A stretch of DNA of 64,000 nucleotides from Octopus vulgaris (GCA_951406725.2 OX597827.1:61752001-61816000), one strand, 5' to 3'. Numbered from the stretch's first letter, positions 1 to 12,136 are shown. Notes: generated by a model not told the origin, from the sequence alone. A program made the numbers and translations.

Positions 1-349
1 AAACAAAAAACAAAGACAGGTGAAGGAAAATGGAAAGCTGTTAATCCAGACATGTTTCTCTCCCTCTCTCTCTGTTTTTCTTTTTTTTTTACTCTCTCCG
101 TGTTTTCTTTCCTTATTCCTTTTTGTAGATGAGCATAGGTTTGTAACATGAAACACTCTTCCATTTTTCCCAAGTGTTAAACTAATACGCCTTGTTTGTT
201 GCTCTGTCATCTGTCTCTGTCTTCTGTTCTTTGTCTTCAGTACAATTTTGAACCATATATATATATATATATTTATATATATTTATATATATAATGCATA
301 CGTAAATAGTATATACATATAACGCACAACTTACACATATTGTACACAC

Positions 350-1247
350 ATGCATACATACATGCGTACATACATAACGCACATACATAGAGACATACCT
401 ACACACATGCATACACACATACATACACGCATACACACGTATATACATACATACGTACGTACGTACATACGTACATTCATACATACGTACATACATACGT
501 ACGTACGTACATACGTACATACATACATACGTACGTACATACGTACGTACGTACATACGTACATACATACATACGTACATACGTACATACATACATACAT
601 ACATACGTACATACATACGTACATACATACGTACATACATACATACATACGTACGTACGTACATACATACATACATACATACATACATACATACATACGT
701 ACATACATACATACGTACATACATACGTACGTACGTACGTACATACGTACATACATACATACATTCGTACGTACGTACGTACATACATACATACTTACAT
801 ATATACATACATACATACATACATACATACATACATACATACATACATACGTACATACATACATACGTACGTACGTACATACATACATACATGGTTGGCC
901 ATACTATTTGTAATTCTGTATTGACTTTAGGTATATTATACATACATACATACATACATAGATATTATACATACATACATACATACATACATACATACAT
1001 ACATACATACGTACATACATACATACGTACATACATACGTACGTACGTACATACGTACATACATACATACATTCGTACGTACGTACGTACATACATACAT
1101 ACTTACATATATACATACATACATACATACATACATACATACATACATACATACATACATACATACATACGTACATACATACATACGTACGTACGTACAT
1201 ACATACATACATGGTTGGCCATACTATTTGTAATTCTGTATTGACTT
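350..1247. repeat. (TACA)n/(TACG)n compound microsatellite containing a duplicated block with ~320-bp period
   Basis: Continuous tetranucleotide repeat. The unique spacer ATGGTTGGCCATACTATTTGTAATTCTGTATTGACTT occurs at 891-927 and again at 1211-1247. Confidence 0.95.
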
Positions 1248-1574
1248 GAATGGAAAAATGAGTCGCTCAAGAAGGGCTTCAGTTTGAACAATTTTCATGA
1301 TGTTTCATACTTAGATGTTTAGTAAATTCATTCAGTTGTTAAACATAAATAAATTGTAGAATTAAATGGTTTTGATTTACTGACAGGTGACTTTTGGCCA
1401 ACCCTGTACATACATAGAGTGAATAGTTGTTAAACTCTACTCCGCCAAATTGGAAAGTGGATAAATCAAGCAAAATCTAAATTAGCAGTCACAGTTAATT
1501 TCTGCAGTCATCATTGGGTATCAAGTGTTGTCAGGATGTATATTATAGGCATATAATATACCTAAATATATTGC

Positions 1575-1755
1575 TAGCCACTACACACATTTTTTCTCTC
1601 CTTGTTTCTTTATGTTTTCCTTCCTGTGGAAGAGTGTAGGCTCAAAACATTAAAGACTTTTTCAATTCCCAAGCATTACACTAATACATCTGTTTGTTTT
1701 CTACACCACCTGTCTTCGTCTTTTGTTTTTTTCATGAATTCTCCCCATATATCAT
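1575..1755 (+). mobile_element. Degenerate Penelope-like terminal repeat (related copy at ~95-255) with eroded hammerhead-like motif
   Basis: GTGGAAGAGTGTAGGCTCAAAACATTAAAG resembles a decayed CTGAAGA-stem-GAAAC-GTA core. Similar downstream text (ACTAATAC..TGTTTGTT..CTGTC) is at 180-230. Both copies end at TA repeats. Confidence 0.45.
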
Positions 1756-2884
1756 ACGCTCACGTGGTCACCCCAGTTGATCCTGTCTCCCCTCATCACC
1801 CACAAACTTCTATACTGGACTTTCTACCTCTCTACCCTTTACAGATTCTCTTTTGGACTTTTTACTCTCCGGCTGCGTCTCTCCTGCCTATGGATTACTC
1901 TGGACTCTTCTGTAGATAGTGCTGCACACTTTTCAACTAGTTATATCACAACATATTTTGGTTGGACAGTGGAATAATAGAAGAGTGACATGAATAAGGA
2001 TGGAAAGCAAGCAACATTTCACCAATATGCTCCTCTCAAAGAAACATACTCATTCTTTCTAGCATTCATCATTCCCCTTAAGTAATTAGCCCCTGAAATC
2101 ACCTACTCCTAGAATTCATTCACAACAATCCTCTTCCTCTTCCTCTCTATCTACATTCAGCCTGTTGTTTATATAAAACTTATTCTTTCTTGTTCACTTT
2201 TACACACCTGTCTAATAAACACTACATTTTCGAGTTGAATTTTATCTTGTATTTTTTACCTTTTACTTGTTTCAGTCATTAGACTGTAACTATGTTGGGA
2301 TGCTACTTATACATATACATATATATTTATATGTATGTATTTGTATATTGTGGTGGGCACCCCCAGGTGAGAAGTGGACTGACACAGTCAGTAATGTCAG
2401 TCAGCGTGCTAGTTTTGGTGTTTTTTGAATCATTTATGATCCCTGTGAGTTAAATAGTTATATACTTGTTGAAGGTTTCCCATAAAGGTGAACCTACTTG
2501 TTGAATATCAGTGTTAAACTCTTTACTCTTTTACTTGTTTCAGTCATTTGACTGTGGCCATGCTAGAGCACCACATTTAGTCAAGCAAATCGATCCCAGG
2601 TCTTATTCTTTGTAAGCCTAGTACTTATTCTATCAGTCTCTTTATACTAAAAAATAATAGGCTGAAAATAGATTTTTACCACTATTTGCGGGTGCCTTGG
2701 GAAAAAAAATAAGTTGACAAAACCCAGATAGGGTGTTGAAGAATGTCCTCCTAAAATTTGAGTGACATGCGTGCTAATTTGTGGATGTGCATAAACTACA
2801 ATCACATACACACACACATCTTGCCTTATATATATATACAGATATATATATATATATATTTATATATATATGTATGTATGTATA

Positions 2885-2939
<55 letters not shown>

Positions 2940-3211
2940 GTATGTATATAGACAGATAAGAAAATGACGAGGATATAAAATCGACAAACATCAGCCAGTA
3001 AACATTCCATTATATCTATTTATTAAATGATAACTAACATGTGTTAAGTGGTACAAGTAAACGAATGAGATCAGCCAATAGATACATAAACAGATATATA
3101 GAGAGAGATGAATGAATAATAATAGATGAGTGTACAGATACAAATCCTTTACGGCTGTTTCTACCACGAGACCTCAGAATCTTGCAAGTCACCCTCATCG
3201 CATCAGTGATA

Positions 3212-3414
3212 TACTCTTTTACTCTTTCACTTGTTTCAGTCATTTGACTGCGGCCATGCTGGAGCACCGCCTTTAGTCGAGCAAATCGACACCGGGACTT
3301 ATTCTTTGTAAGCCCAGTACTTATTCTATCAGTCTCTTTTGCCGAACCGCTAAGTGACGGGGATGTAAACACACCAGCATCGGTTGTCAAGCAATGCTAG
3401 GGAGACAAACACAT

Positions 3415-3445
<31 letters not shown>

Positions 3446-3615
3446 CATATGTACGACAGGCTTCTTTCAGTTTCCGTCTACCAAGTCCACTCACAAGGCA
3501 TTGGTCGGCGCGGGGCTATAGCAGAAGGGACACTTGCCCAAGATGCCACGCAGTGGGACTGAACCCAGAACCATGTGGTTGGTTAGCAAGCTACTTACCA
3601 CACAGCCACTCCTGC
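3212..3615 (-). mobile_element. tRNA-derived SINE family A, full length
   Basis: Reverse complement of the head GGCGCAGGAGTGGCTGTGTGGTAAGTAGCTTG..GGTTCAGTCCC (A/B-box like), internal TA/CA microsatellite and AAAAGAGT-type tail. Many copies in the window. Confidence 0.9.
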
Positions 3616-3979
3616 AGGATGAACAAATATTGGACAGAGATTGGGTAATGGTTGAGCCTCAAGGCTTCATCAGAGAGTACAAATTTTAGAAAACTAACAT
3701 GTGGGAATTTCAGTTAGAATAATAGAGTAGGGTACATAAGATAAAATAGGTAAAAATAAAAGAGTAAAATAAGTAAAAATAAAAAAATATTGTCATGTAA
3801 TGTAAGAGACATGGTAAGGAAAAGGAAGAACTTAATTTTAAGGTTTTATTATTATAATCCATGGTATTCCATCCCATGGTAAATAAATAAAGTCACTCTC
3901 AGGAGATATATACGTAGGCTACAGTTTACATCGTGTTTCCATTATACTGAGGGAAATAGTGAATCTAGTATATATTTAA

Positions 3980-4208
3980 CCCTTTAGTGTTTGCATTATT
4001 CTGCCAAAATTAATCCTTTTTTATCCACATATCCACATTGTTTTGAACTAATCATGCCTTATCTTGTAGCTATGAGATTTTGATGAGGTAGCTGTTAATT
4101 TTTAGAATTATATAGTAGGGTTGGTGTGAGAGACCAGATATGGCCAGTTTGAACATAAAACAGGCAGAATACTTTTGGCCGGATATGGCCGGTTTAAATG
4201 CTAAAGGG
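3980..4208. mobile_element. piggyBac-type MITE
   Basis: TTAA|CCCTTTAG ... CTAAAGGG|TTAA, giving a TTAA TSD at 3976-3979 and 4209-4212 with CCC/GGG termini. Confidence 0.88.
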
Positions 4209-4474
4209 TTAATGGTATGGTCCATGCTATAGGGGTCAGATGTTAGAGGTTAAAAATGCTATTTAATAGATATAGCATTATGAAAGGAGTTGGCAGAAAT
4301 AACTTAAATTGAACCTGTTAGGGAAAAATTAATACATAAGTACATTAATGAAAGAGAAATTGGATAAAACCTTAGTGTGATGTAAATATTTGTCACTTAT
4401 TTGCTGAAAACTCATCCTAATACTCTTATTTGTAGTGGGGTGAGGTCAAAATCAATCCTACAACCTAATGTATG

Positions 4475-4505
<31 letters not shown>

Positions 4506-4764
4506 TCTGTAAGTTCAAGACCTTTCATCGGATCTCCAGGAATCAAACTTTCTTCAATGCAGTTAAACTCACACCCTCATTTGTATCTTCACTCTCTGGA
4601 AAACTAGGATGTTTTGAAAAAACTTTTTAATAACCTGTATAATACTAATTGCACTCTTATAAAACCAATATGTTATCTAAATTCTCATTTTTATAGAATT
4701 TTCCATGATATTTCATAAGTGTAACATTACCTCTTTTGATGTTTGGGAATCTCTGATGTTTTTT

Positions 4765-4849
4765 TCGGCTGATGAGTACGAGCCACCTATATTTACCGCA
4801 ATTTTTGTAGCTTTATTAAAGATGTCCTCGTACGAAACAATTGTACCGA
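4765..4849 (+). ncRNA. Type I hammerhead ribozyme in a probable Penelope-like element end
   Basis: Stem I TCGG/CCGA; core CTGATGA at 4769-4775; stem II GTACGAG/CTCGTAC; GAAA at 4834-4837; palindromic stem III ACAATTGT; GUA cleavage triplet ending 4845. The host segment (~4505-4880) lies between two (TA)n tracts. Confidence 0.85.
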
Positions 4850-4889
4850 TATATTGATCCATTCTTGTTGCTTTTTTCCTATATATATA

Positions 4890-4972
<83 letters not shown>

Positions 4973-5085
4973 TTTTAAAATTATTTTTTAATTATCATTG
5001 TTTCAGGCCGAAGCTGCCATGCCTGGAGCATCACCCCCATTAGTGCAATTCAAAGTCACTTCCTGAACCCTCCTCCTGAATTGAT

Positions 5086-5307
5086 TTTTATTTCTTTTTT
5101 GCCCACAAGGGGACAAACAAGGATAGAGAAAGGGATTAAGTCGATTACATTGACACCAGTGCGTAACTGGTACTTAATTTATTGACCCCGAAAGAATGAA
5201 AGGCAAAGAAGTCAATCTTGGCGGAATTTGAACTCAGAACGTAATGGCAGATGAAACACCGCTAAGCATTTTGCCCGGCGTGCTAACGTTTCTGCCAGCT
5301 CGCCACC
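5086..5307 (-). mobile_element. SINE family B
   Basis: Reverse complement of GGCGGCGAGCTGGCAGAAACGTTAGC...GCCTTTCATCCTTTCGGGGTCGAT...AAGTACCAG; same family as 5817-6048. Confidence 0.88.
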
Positions 5308-5816
5308 TTCTGATTCTGGTGAAGCAATGAGTTGGATAATGTTTCCCTTCTTTTTGTTTCTTGTTGCAATGTAGGTTCATTCAGTATCACAGATAAAAAT
5401 TTGTCTAAATGTTCTTTGAACTCATTAACATGCTGTGGGATCTTGACACTTAAGCTGTTACAATTTTGGGTCCTTACCCAAGATAAGAGGGCAGGTTCTT
5501 TGGTGAAGTTAGTATAGGTTTCAACCCCGATTTCAGGTGCCAGATCTTCTAGGATCTTCCACATATATATCACTGCATATCTTTTGCATCTTCTCTTTAG
5601 CAACTGGAGCATCAGTCATTTTAGCCTTTCCCAATAACTCACCTTTTGCATTGAGGTGGTCTTCTTGGTGTAGTGACATTGAATTGTCTTGAGTTCCACT
5701 GTTAGTTTGACGTTTTGTGATGATGATAGTTGGGAGCAGTAATCCAAGCGATTGAGAATGAATGTTTACCATAGGAGCAACATGTTTTCTATTTTCCTTC
5801 TATTTCCCAAGTAAAA

Positions 5817-6048
5817 GGCGGCGAGCTGGCAGACACGTTAGCGCACCGGGCGAAATGCTTAGCGGTATTTCGTCTGTCGTTATGTTCTGAGTTCAAATTC
5901 CGCCGAGGTCAACTTTGCCTTTCATCCTTTCGGGGTCGACAAATAAAGTACCAGTTTCGCACTGGGGGTGATATAATTGACTCAATCCCTTCGTCTGTCC
6001 TTGTTTGTCCCCTCTATGTTTAGCCCCTTGTGGGCAGTAAAGAAAAAT
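5817..6048 (+). mobile_element. SINE family B, full length
   Basis: tRNA-like head with GAGTTCAAATTCC B box, central CTTTGCCTTTCATCCTTTCGGGGTCGA domain and A-rich end. Confidence 0.9.
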
Positions 6049-6240
6049 ATATGTTCCTTGTTTCAAATGATTTCAGAATCCAACAAGCTATATGTTATTA
6101 CTATGTTAGTAATATGCACATGGAATAGTGTGTCATTACTCATGTGGATTTCCAGGTCATACACTGATTCTAATTCTGAGATTGCAAAACACCTTGGTCC
6201 TATGTATTCTGATTGCAATCTATTTTATTTACTTGCCATA

Positions 6241-6425
6241 GGCACAGGAGTGGCTGTGTGGAAAGTAGCTTGCTTACCAACCACATGGTTCCGGGTTCAG
6301 TCCCACTGTGTGACACCTTTGCAAGTGTCTTCTACTATAGCCTTGGGCTGACCAAAGCCTTGTGAGTGGATTTGGTAGACGGAAACTGAAAGAAGCCCAT
6401 CGTATATATGTATATGTATGTGTGT

Positions 6426-6508
<83 letters not shown>

Positions 6509-6714
6509 TGTGTCTGTGTTTGTTCCCCCAACATCGCTTGACAACCTATGCTGGTATGTTTACGTCCCTGTAACATAGCGGTTCGGCAAAAGAGGCCGAC
6601 AAAATAAGTACTAGGCTTACAAAGAATAAGTCCTGGGGGCGATTTGCTCGACTAAAGGCAGTGCTCCAGCATGGCCCACAGTCAAATTACTGAAACAAGT
6701 AAAAGAGTAAAGAG
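6241..6714 (+). mobile_element. SINE family A with long internal (TG)n
   Basis: Same head and tail as the other family A copies; (TG)n at ~6420-6505. Confidence 0.9.
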
Positions 6715-6720
6715 TATATA

Positions 6721-6754
<34 letters not shown>

Positions 6755-7052
6755 CATTAGGTTGTAGGATTAACTTTGACCTCACTCCACTACACATAGG
6801 GGTATTATACATCCCAATATTTACAATATTTGCTCAACTAAAGGCGGTGCCCTAGCATGGCCGCAGTCAAATGACTGAAACAAGTAAAAGATTATTAGTG
6901 AATCACTAGTAGAGTGCTTGAAAATTCTCAGCATTGAACTACATGTTTTCTTCAGCCCATTTGTATGTTGTGCTGAGATCTTTTTATAGTTGTGAGTTAT
7001 CATCAAGGTTCTTCATTGCTTGTGATACTTTTATATCATCAGCATAGCTGGT

Positions 7053-7260
7053 TGTTGCCGTTGTTAAGCAACAAGACGGGTAAGGGTGATTAGGTGATGG
7101 TCTAGGGCTTAGGGGATGAGAGACCCCAGACCTTGGGAAAAAAAACAAACTTTGGCCGTCTTGTTGTAGTCGAGGGCTCTTTGTTGACACCCGACACCAC
7201 TGGGAGGTGGCCCTGGAAGTCGCTGGAAATGGAGATCTCCAGGTCCAAATTCTTGGACGG
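7053..7260 (-). mobile_element. Unclassified 208-bp GC-rich retroposed insert with 13-bp TSD
   Basis: CAGCATAGCTGGT is duplicated at 7040-7052 and 7261-7273. There is an (AAC)-like tail on the minus strand and internal inverted repeats. Confidence 0.75.
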
Positions 7261-7351
7261 CAGCATAGCTGGTGAGAGTGGCTGACAGTGTGACTGAGTG
7301 TGTGCCTTAGAGAGTCACCACAAACACTAATGGTTCCTTGATGGATTTCAC

Positions 7352-7860
7352 TAGTTAGTCAGTTAGTTAGTTAGTTAGTTAATTTGGCTCAAAAGCAAAT
7401 AGCAAGGCCATGTAGGGGGGACATGGAGTTAAGTACAGGGTGGTGTTCATGTAAAGAGTTCAGGCCACTTGAGGTCAAGGGAGGCTTTGAACAAAGCGGT
7501 CGTCGGCATCTTCACCATCTCGTCTGGCAGCTTGTTCCACGGATCCGCAACCCGGACAGAGAAAGCTCCTCTCCTTCGATTGAGATGAAATCGTCGCAGG
7601 TAGAGCTTTTCGGAATGACCCCGCAGCCGACGCTCTGGAGCAGGAGTGAAGAACAGCTCTTTCGAGAGGTTACACTTTCCGCTTATGATGTTGTGGGCGA
7701 GAATGAGATCACCACGGCAGCGGCGTTTTTCAAGAGAATAAAGGTCGAGCGTCCTCAGCCTTTCTTCGTAGGACAAATTTTTGAGACCATGAACCATGCG
7801 GGTAGCCAGCTTCTGGACTCTTTCGAGATGCTGTATGTCTTTGAGGAGATAAGGAGAAGT
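7352..7860 (-). mobile_element. Young 5'-truncated CR1-clade LINE (ORF2 C-terminus, 3' UTR and (TAAC)n tail)
   Basis: Open frame 7447-7797 (LSYEERLRTLDLYSLEKRRCRGDLI...FSVRVADPWNKLP) is typical of the CR1 ORF2 end. Tandem TTAG tail at 7352-7382. Confidence 0.9.
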
Positions 7861-8288
7861 GTTGATGTCTCTTTAGAGAGAGCACCATTGGCTGCAACCA
7901 TCTGACTCTTATCTTTTATAAAAGTCATGCAGCCACTTCCTTACTTTTCCTTTGTTTTGATACCAGGGTTATGTAATTTGTGACATTGACGTGATCAACG
8001 TTGTTGAAAGCCTTGACAAAGTTGGGATATATCACTTCCATATTTAAATAAGAGTTAGTTCAAATTTGGCATCAATTACAATTAACATGTTGACGAATTG
8101 ACTCATACAGATTCTGAGTGGTTGTTTGGGGAATTTTGAGCTATTTTCCAAGTAAAACCTGCTTTAGCTTTTTCAGTAACAATGGTGGAGGGAATTGACT
8201 CTGTTTGATTATATTGAGATTCCAAGATTGTGTGTGTGTGTGTGGGGGTGGGGGTGGGCAATTCAAGTTGTCTATTTCACTTTTGAGC

Positions 8289-8496
8289 TCTTTTACTCTT
8301 TTACTTGCTTCAGTCATTTGACTGCGGCCATGCTGGAGCACCGCCTTTAGTCGAGCAAATCGCCCCCAGGACTTATTCTTTGTAAGCCTAGTACTTATTC
8401 TATCGGTCTCTTTTGCCGAACCACTAAGTTACGGGGACGTAAACACACTAGCATCAGTTGTCAAGCGATGTTGGGGGGACAAACACAGACTCACAA

Positions 8497-8539
<43 letters not shown>

Positions 8540-8706
8540 TATGACAAGCTTCTTTCAGTTTCCATCTACCACATCCACTCACAAGGCTTTGGTCAGCTTG
8601 AAGCTATCGTAGAAGACAATTACCCAAGGTACCACACAGCGGGACTGAACCCGGGAAACATGTGGTTGGTAAGCAAGCTACTTACTGCACAGCCACTCCT
8701 GTGCCT
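8289..8706 (-). mobile_element. SINE family A
   Basis: Matches the family A pattern on the minus strand. Confidence 0.9.
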
Positions 8707-8709
8707 ATG

Positions 8710-9906
8710 ACTCTTATAAATCTCTCTTCATATAAATTTTGAATTACCTTAGTTGGGGGAATTGGTGCATTATCATCTTGGAAGAAAGCACTACTATGAG
8801 GAAAACAGTATTATACCTGAGGATGGAGGATGGACATGATCAGCCAAAGTGCTCTTTGGCATTAACTCCATTATGTGGAACAAAGGAACAGAAAAATTCT
8901 TTGAAATGGCTGTCCAAATCATCAAGAGTCATCTCTTTGCTTCATGGTAGCAATCAAATAGTTAGGGTTGAAGACTACTTTGGGCTGTCTCCAGACATAA
9001 ATTCATCCTAAAGAGGAATCAAAAGGAAATGCCGATTCATCAGAGAAGATGACATTGTTCCATTGAGCCATTGACCACTCCTGATAGTCTAGACACCATA
9101 TTTTGTGCTTATCAAACTTGATGGGTGATAGGAATGGTTTATAAAGCTCACAATGAACATTTAACACTTTTGCTACCATAGTACAATGGTTTTTAAGGCA
9201 CAAAACACCTAGGCTCTCTGTGAGTTTTGCCTTCTGCTAGAATTATGCTTGCTAGTGCTAGTTTTACATTGGTTTTGGAATGCCAACATGATTTTAGTGG
9301 AGGCACATGGTCTAGTGGTTAGAGCAGCGGACTCGCGGACGAGGGATCGTGGGTTTGAATCTCAGGCCGGGTGATGTGTGTGAGTTTATGAGCGAAACAC
9401 CTAAGCTCCACGCGGCTCCGGCAGAAGGTAATGGCAAACTTCTGCTGACTCTTTCGCCACAACTTTCTCTCACTCTTTCTTCCTGCATCTTGCAGCTCAC
9501 CTGCGATGGACCGGTGTTCCATCCAGGTGGGGAACCTATACATCAAGGAAACCGGGAAACCGGCCCTTGTTAACCATGTGTGGTTCGAGAAGGAACAAAC
9601 AAACAACATGATTTTAGAGGCCATATTTCTTGATACTTTAAACAATTCACCAGTTTTAGTGAATGAATTTCCAGCCATCTATGTCCCAACAATTTGTTCC
9701 CATTGGAAGTTGGAGACGTCACACTTTTTAAGTTATTTAAATCTATTTGCAACAACAAAAAGAAAAGAAGAAAAGAGAAAACTTTATCGTGAAGTATAAG
9801 GCATACACACACACAGACTAAAAGTAGTTTTTAATTTGCTATTTAGTCAATAGAAAAGATAACTAAATAAAATTTGGTATTTTCATTATTTTGTCCAATC
9901 CTTGTA
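8710..9906 (-). mobile_element. Tc1-family DNA transposon remnant (broken DDE transposase)
   Basis: Minus-strand motifs WNNVIFSDES (~9035-9065) and FFQDDNAPI (~8760-8787). Terminus TACAAGGATTGGACAAAATAATG ends at 9906. Interrupted by a SINE. Confidence 0.8.
9298..9603 (+). mobile_element. tRNA-derived SINE (family C-related head) with 14-bp TSD
   Basis: Head TGGTCTAGTGGTTAGAGCAGCGGACTCG..GGTTTGAATCTC and (AAAC)n tail. TSD CAACATGATTTTAG at 9284-9297 and 9604-9617. Confidence 0.88.
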
Positions 9907-10031
9907 TATAATATTGTATTTCTTTCTTTTATGTATTTCAGTCATTAGACTGTGGCCATGCTGGGGCACTGTCTTGAAGAATTTTGATTAAGTGAATCAA
10001 CCCCAGTATTTATTTTTTAAAATCCTGGTAC

Positions 10032-10446
10032 GGATATTTTCGGTTTGAACGGCAGTTTTTTTCTAGCGGTGTCATATGAAATTGTCACCCATAATTATGA
10101 CCCTAGTATTGATCTATTGCATTTCAATCTGTTTTAGGGTTAGGGTTAAGGGTGGGGGGAAGGGTATCTTTTTTTCTTCAGAAATTTAAATAAACCCAAT
10201 CTATTTCTTAAACAAGGGACATATTCGTACGGCACAATGTTTTCACTTCAATAGACGTCATTGATTGGTTGAAATTGCAGAAATTGAAGAAAAGAAAAAA
10301 CAAATATCTTACAAACTATAGAATTTTCTCAATAGAACCAAGAGAAAAGATGTTTTATAAACACATTCTACCAGTATACGAAGTTTAAAAGAGTTTAGTT
10401 ACATAGAAATTATTTTAAAAAACTGCCGGTCAAACGGAAAAGATCC
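10032..10446. mobile_element. Merlin-like MITE with internal TTAGGG repeats
   Basis: ~30-bp TIRs GGATATTTTCGGTTTGAACGGCAGTTTTTT / GGATCTTTTCCGTTTGACCGGCAGTTTTTT. 8-bp TSD CCTGGTAC at 10024-10031 and 10447-10454. Inserted in an older SINE A copy. Confidence 0.85.
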
Positions 10447-10766
10447 CCTGGTACTTCTTGTATCAATCTCTTTTGCTGAATAGCAATGTCATGGGATGTA
10501 AACAAACTAACACCAGTTGTCAAGCTGTGGTGGGAGACAAACCACAGACACAAAGACACACACATACATACATATATACACAACGGGATTCTTTCAGTTT
10601 CCATCTACCAAAAACCAGACACAAGGCTTACCCAGAACAATGTAGTGGAGAAGCAAACTTCTTACTACACAGCTGTATGCATTTACAATACACATACATA
10701 CATGCATCCATACAAACACATATTTTGTGGGAGTAACTATTATAAATTAATTTATTCATTAAATGT

Positions 10767-10820
<54 letters not shown>

Positions 10821-11028
10821 ACATTATGTCTAACAAAATATATTTTGTTGGAATAACAATGGGTTAAATGCTTATTAATTATAAATACACAAACACATAT
10901 ATGTATATATATATACACACATTTAGTATATAAATATATATGCATACATATATGTATGTATAAACATACACACACATATATATATATAAATCATATGTAT
11001 ATATATATATATATATATAAAACATATG

Positions 11029-11102
<74 letters not shown>

Positions 11103-11934
11103 TATATATATATACATAAATCAAGGCAAATCTATAAAAATATATTTGTAATTATTTATATTTATATATATACACGCACAGAAAAAAAGCGATACTAAGT
11201 TTCCGGATGTTGCCGTATTGCAAAACAATTTTATTCGATCTCTTGTATTAAGTTTTACGACAATGTACGTCAAATAAATTGAACAGCTGCTGTTCTATTT
11301 ATATACGTCACTCCCCACTTTTCCGTTTTAATTATAAAAAAAAACGAAAATAGCCAAACAATAAATGGAAAACTCATTAATTTTCATGGACTATTAAAAA
11401 AAAAAATTATAATAGAATCTAAGTGAAATAAAAAGGATTTCAGAAATTTTGAAGTGTTGTTTGAGAATTAAAAACAAGAATGTGAAAATTTTCGCTCAAT
11501 ATTTCTAGCCATTTAAACAGGCGTGCGTATGAATTTATTTTATATAAGTGTATGTATAAGCGTGCGCATACATTTATATCACCAATTTTTTTACGATGTA
11601 TTATTTATATTTCCCCCCTTTGTCTACAGAAAATTGAAATAAATATATAACTAAAGAAATAAATGGGAAAAAGTTACGTTGTATGAAAACTTCAGGCTTG
11701 TTTTTTCTTGTGTATGTTATTCCAAATTATATTTTCTTTGAAGAGTGATTTTTTTTTTGGCAAAATTCTTTAAACACACACACACAGACACACACATACA
11801 TACATGTTAACAATTTTTTTTAGTTTAATTCGTTAAATGAATGATAGATAATGAAATGAAGAAATTTAACTAAAAAACCAAACTAGTCACTATTTCGTGA
11901 ACGTACTGTTTCATCGTTTATATATGTTTATATA

Positions 11935-11965
<31 letters not shown>

Positions 11966-12062
11966 GAAGTGTGTATTGCGCTTTTTCTTTCGTTCCGTGA
12001 TTCAACACGTTTCAGCGAAAAGTGGGAGGGTGCTCATTAAAGAGAATAGTAAAAGCCAACGC

Positions 12063-12136
12063 ATGGGCCATTACAAGGTTCCCCCCGTTGTTTGTTTTCT
12101 GTTGGTTGCTGTGTATTCAAGTTCAATGGCGTTTTA
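12063..12136 (+). other. Candidate short first coding exon (MGHYKVPPVVCFLLVAVYSSSMAF, phase 2), or a 5' UTR exon ending at 12153
   Basis: ATG followed by a hydrophobic stretch, with two donor-like sites TA|GTAAGC (12137) and AG|GTAAGC (12154). Non-repetitive, CpG-retaining context. No transcript evidence. Confidence 0.3.

Larger units (their letters stand above)
5308..8080 (-). mobile_element. Decayed CR1-clade LINE ORF2 (RT and C-terminal region) fragmented by later insertions
   Basis: Minus-strand peptides in the correct order: IYPNFVKAFNNVDH-like (~7990-8040), TLTSYADDIKVSQ (YADD motif, ~7020-7050 and 7260-7280), WKILEDLAPEIGVETY (5283-5612 ORF). Stops and frameshifts throughout. Confidence 0.8.

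Noticed and set aside
182-1291. Long MYVC/HTYI ORFs
   Set aside because: They are translations of a tetranucleotide microsatellite, open on both strands and in several frames.
3145-3212. Minus-strand GAAACAGCCGTA half-hammerhead
   Set aside because: No properly placed CUGANGA box or stem I partner.
3645-3680. Minus-strand CTGATGA-AGCC-TTGA-GGCT
   Set aside because: A stem II is present, but it is followed by CAAC rather than GAAA and has no stem I or III. At best a dead relic.
7384-7905. 173-aa + strand ORF
   Set aside because: It is the antisense shadow of the CR1 ORF2 fragment on the minus strand.
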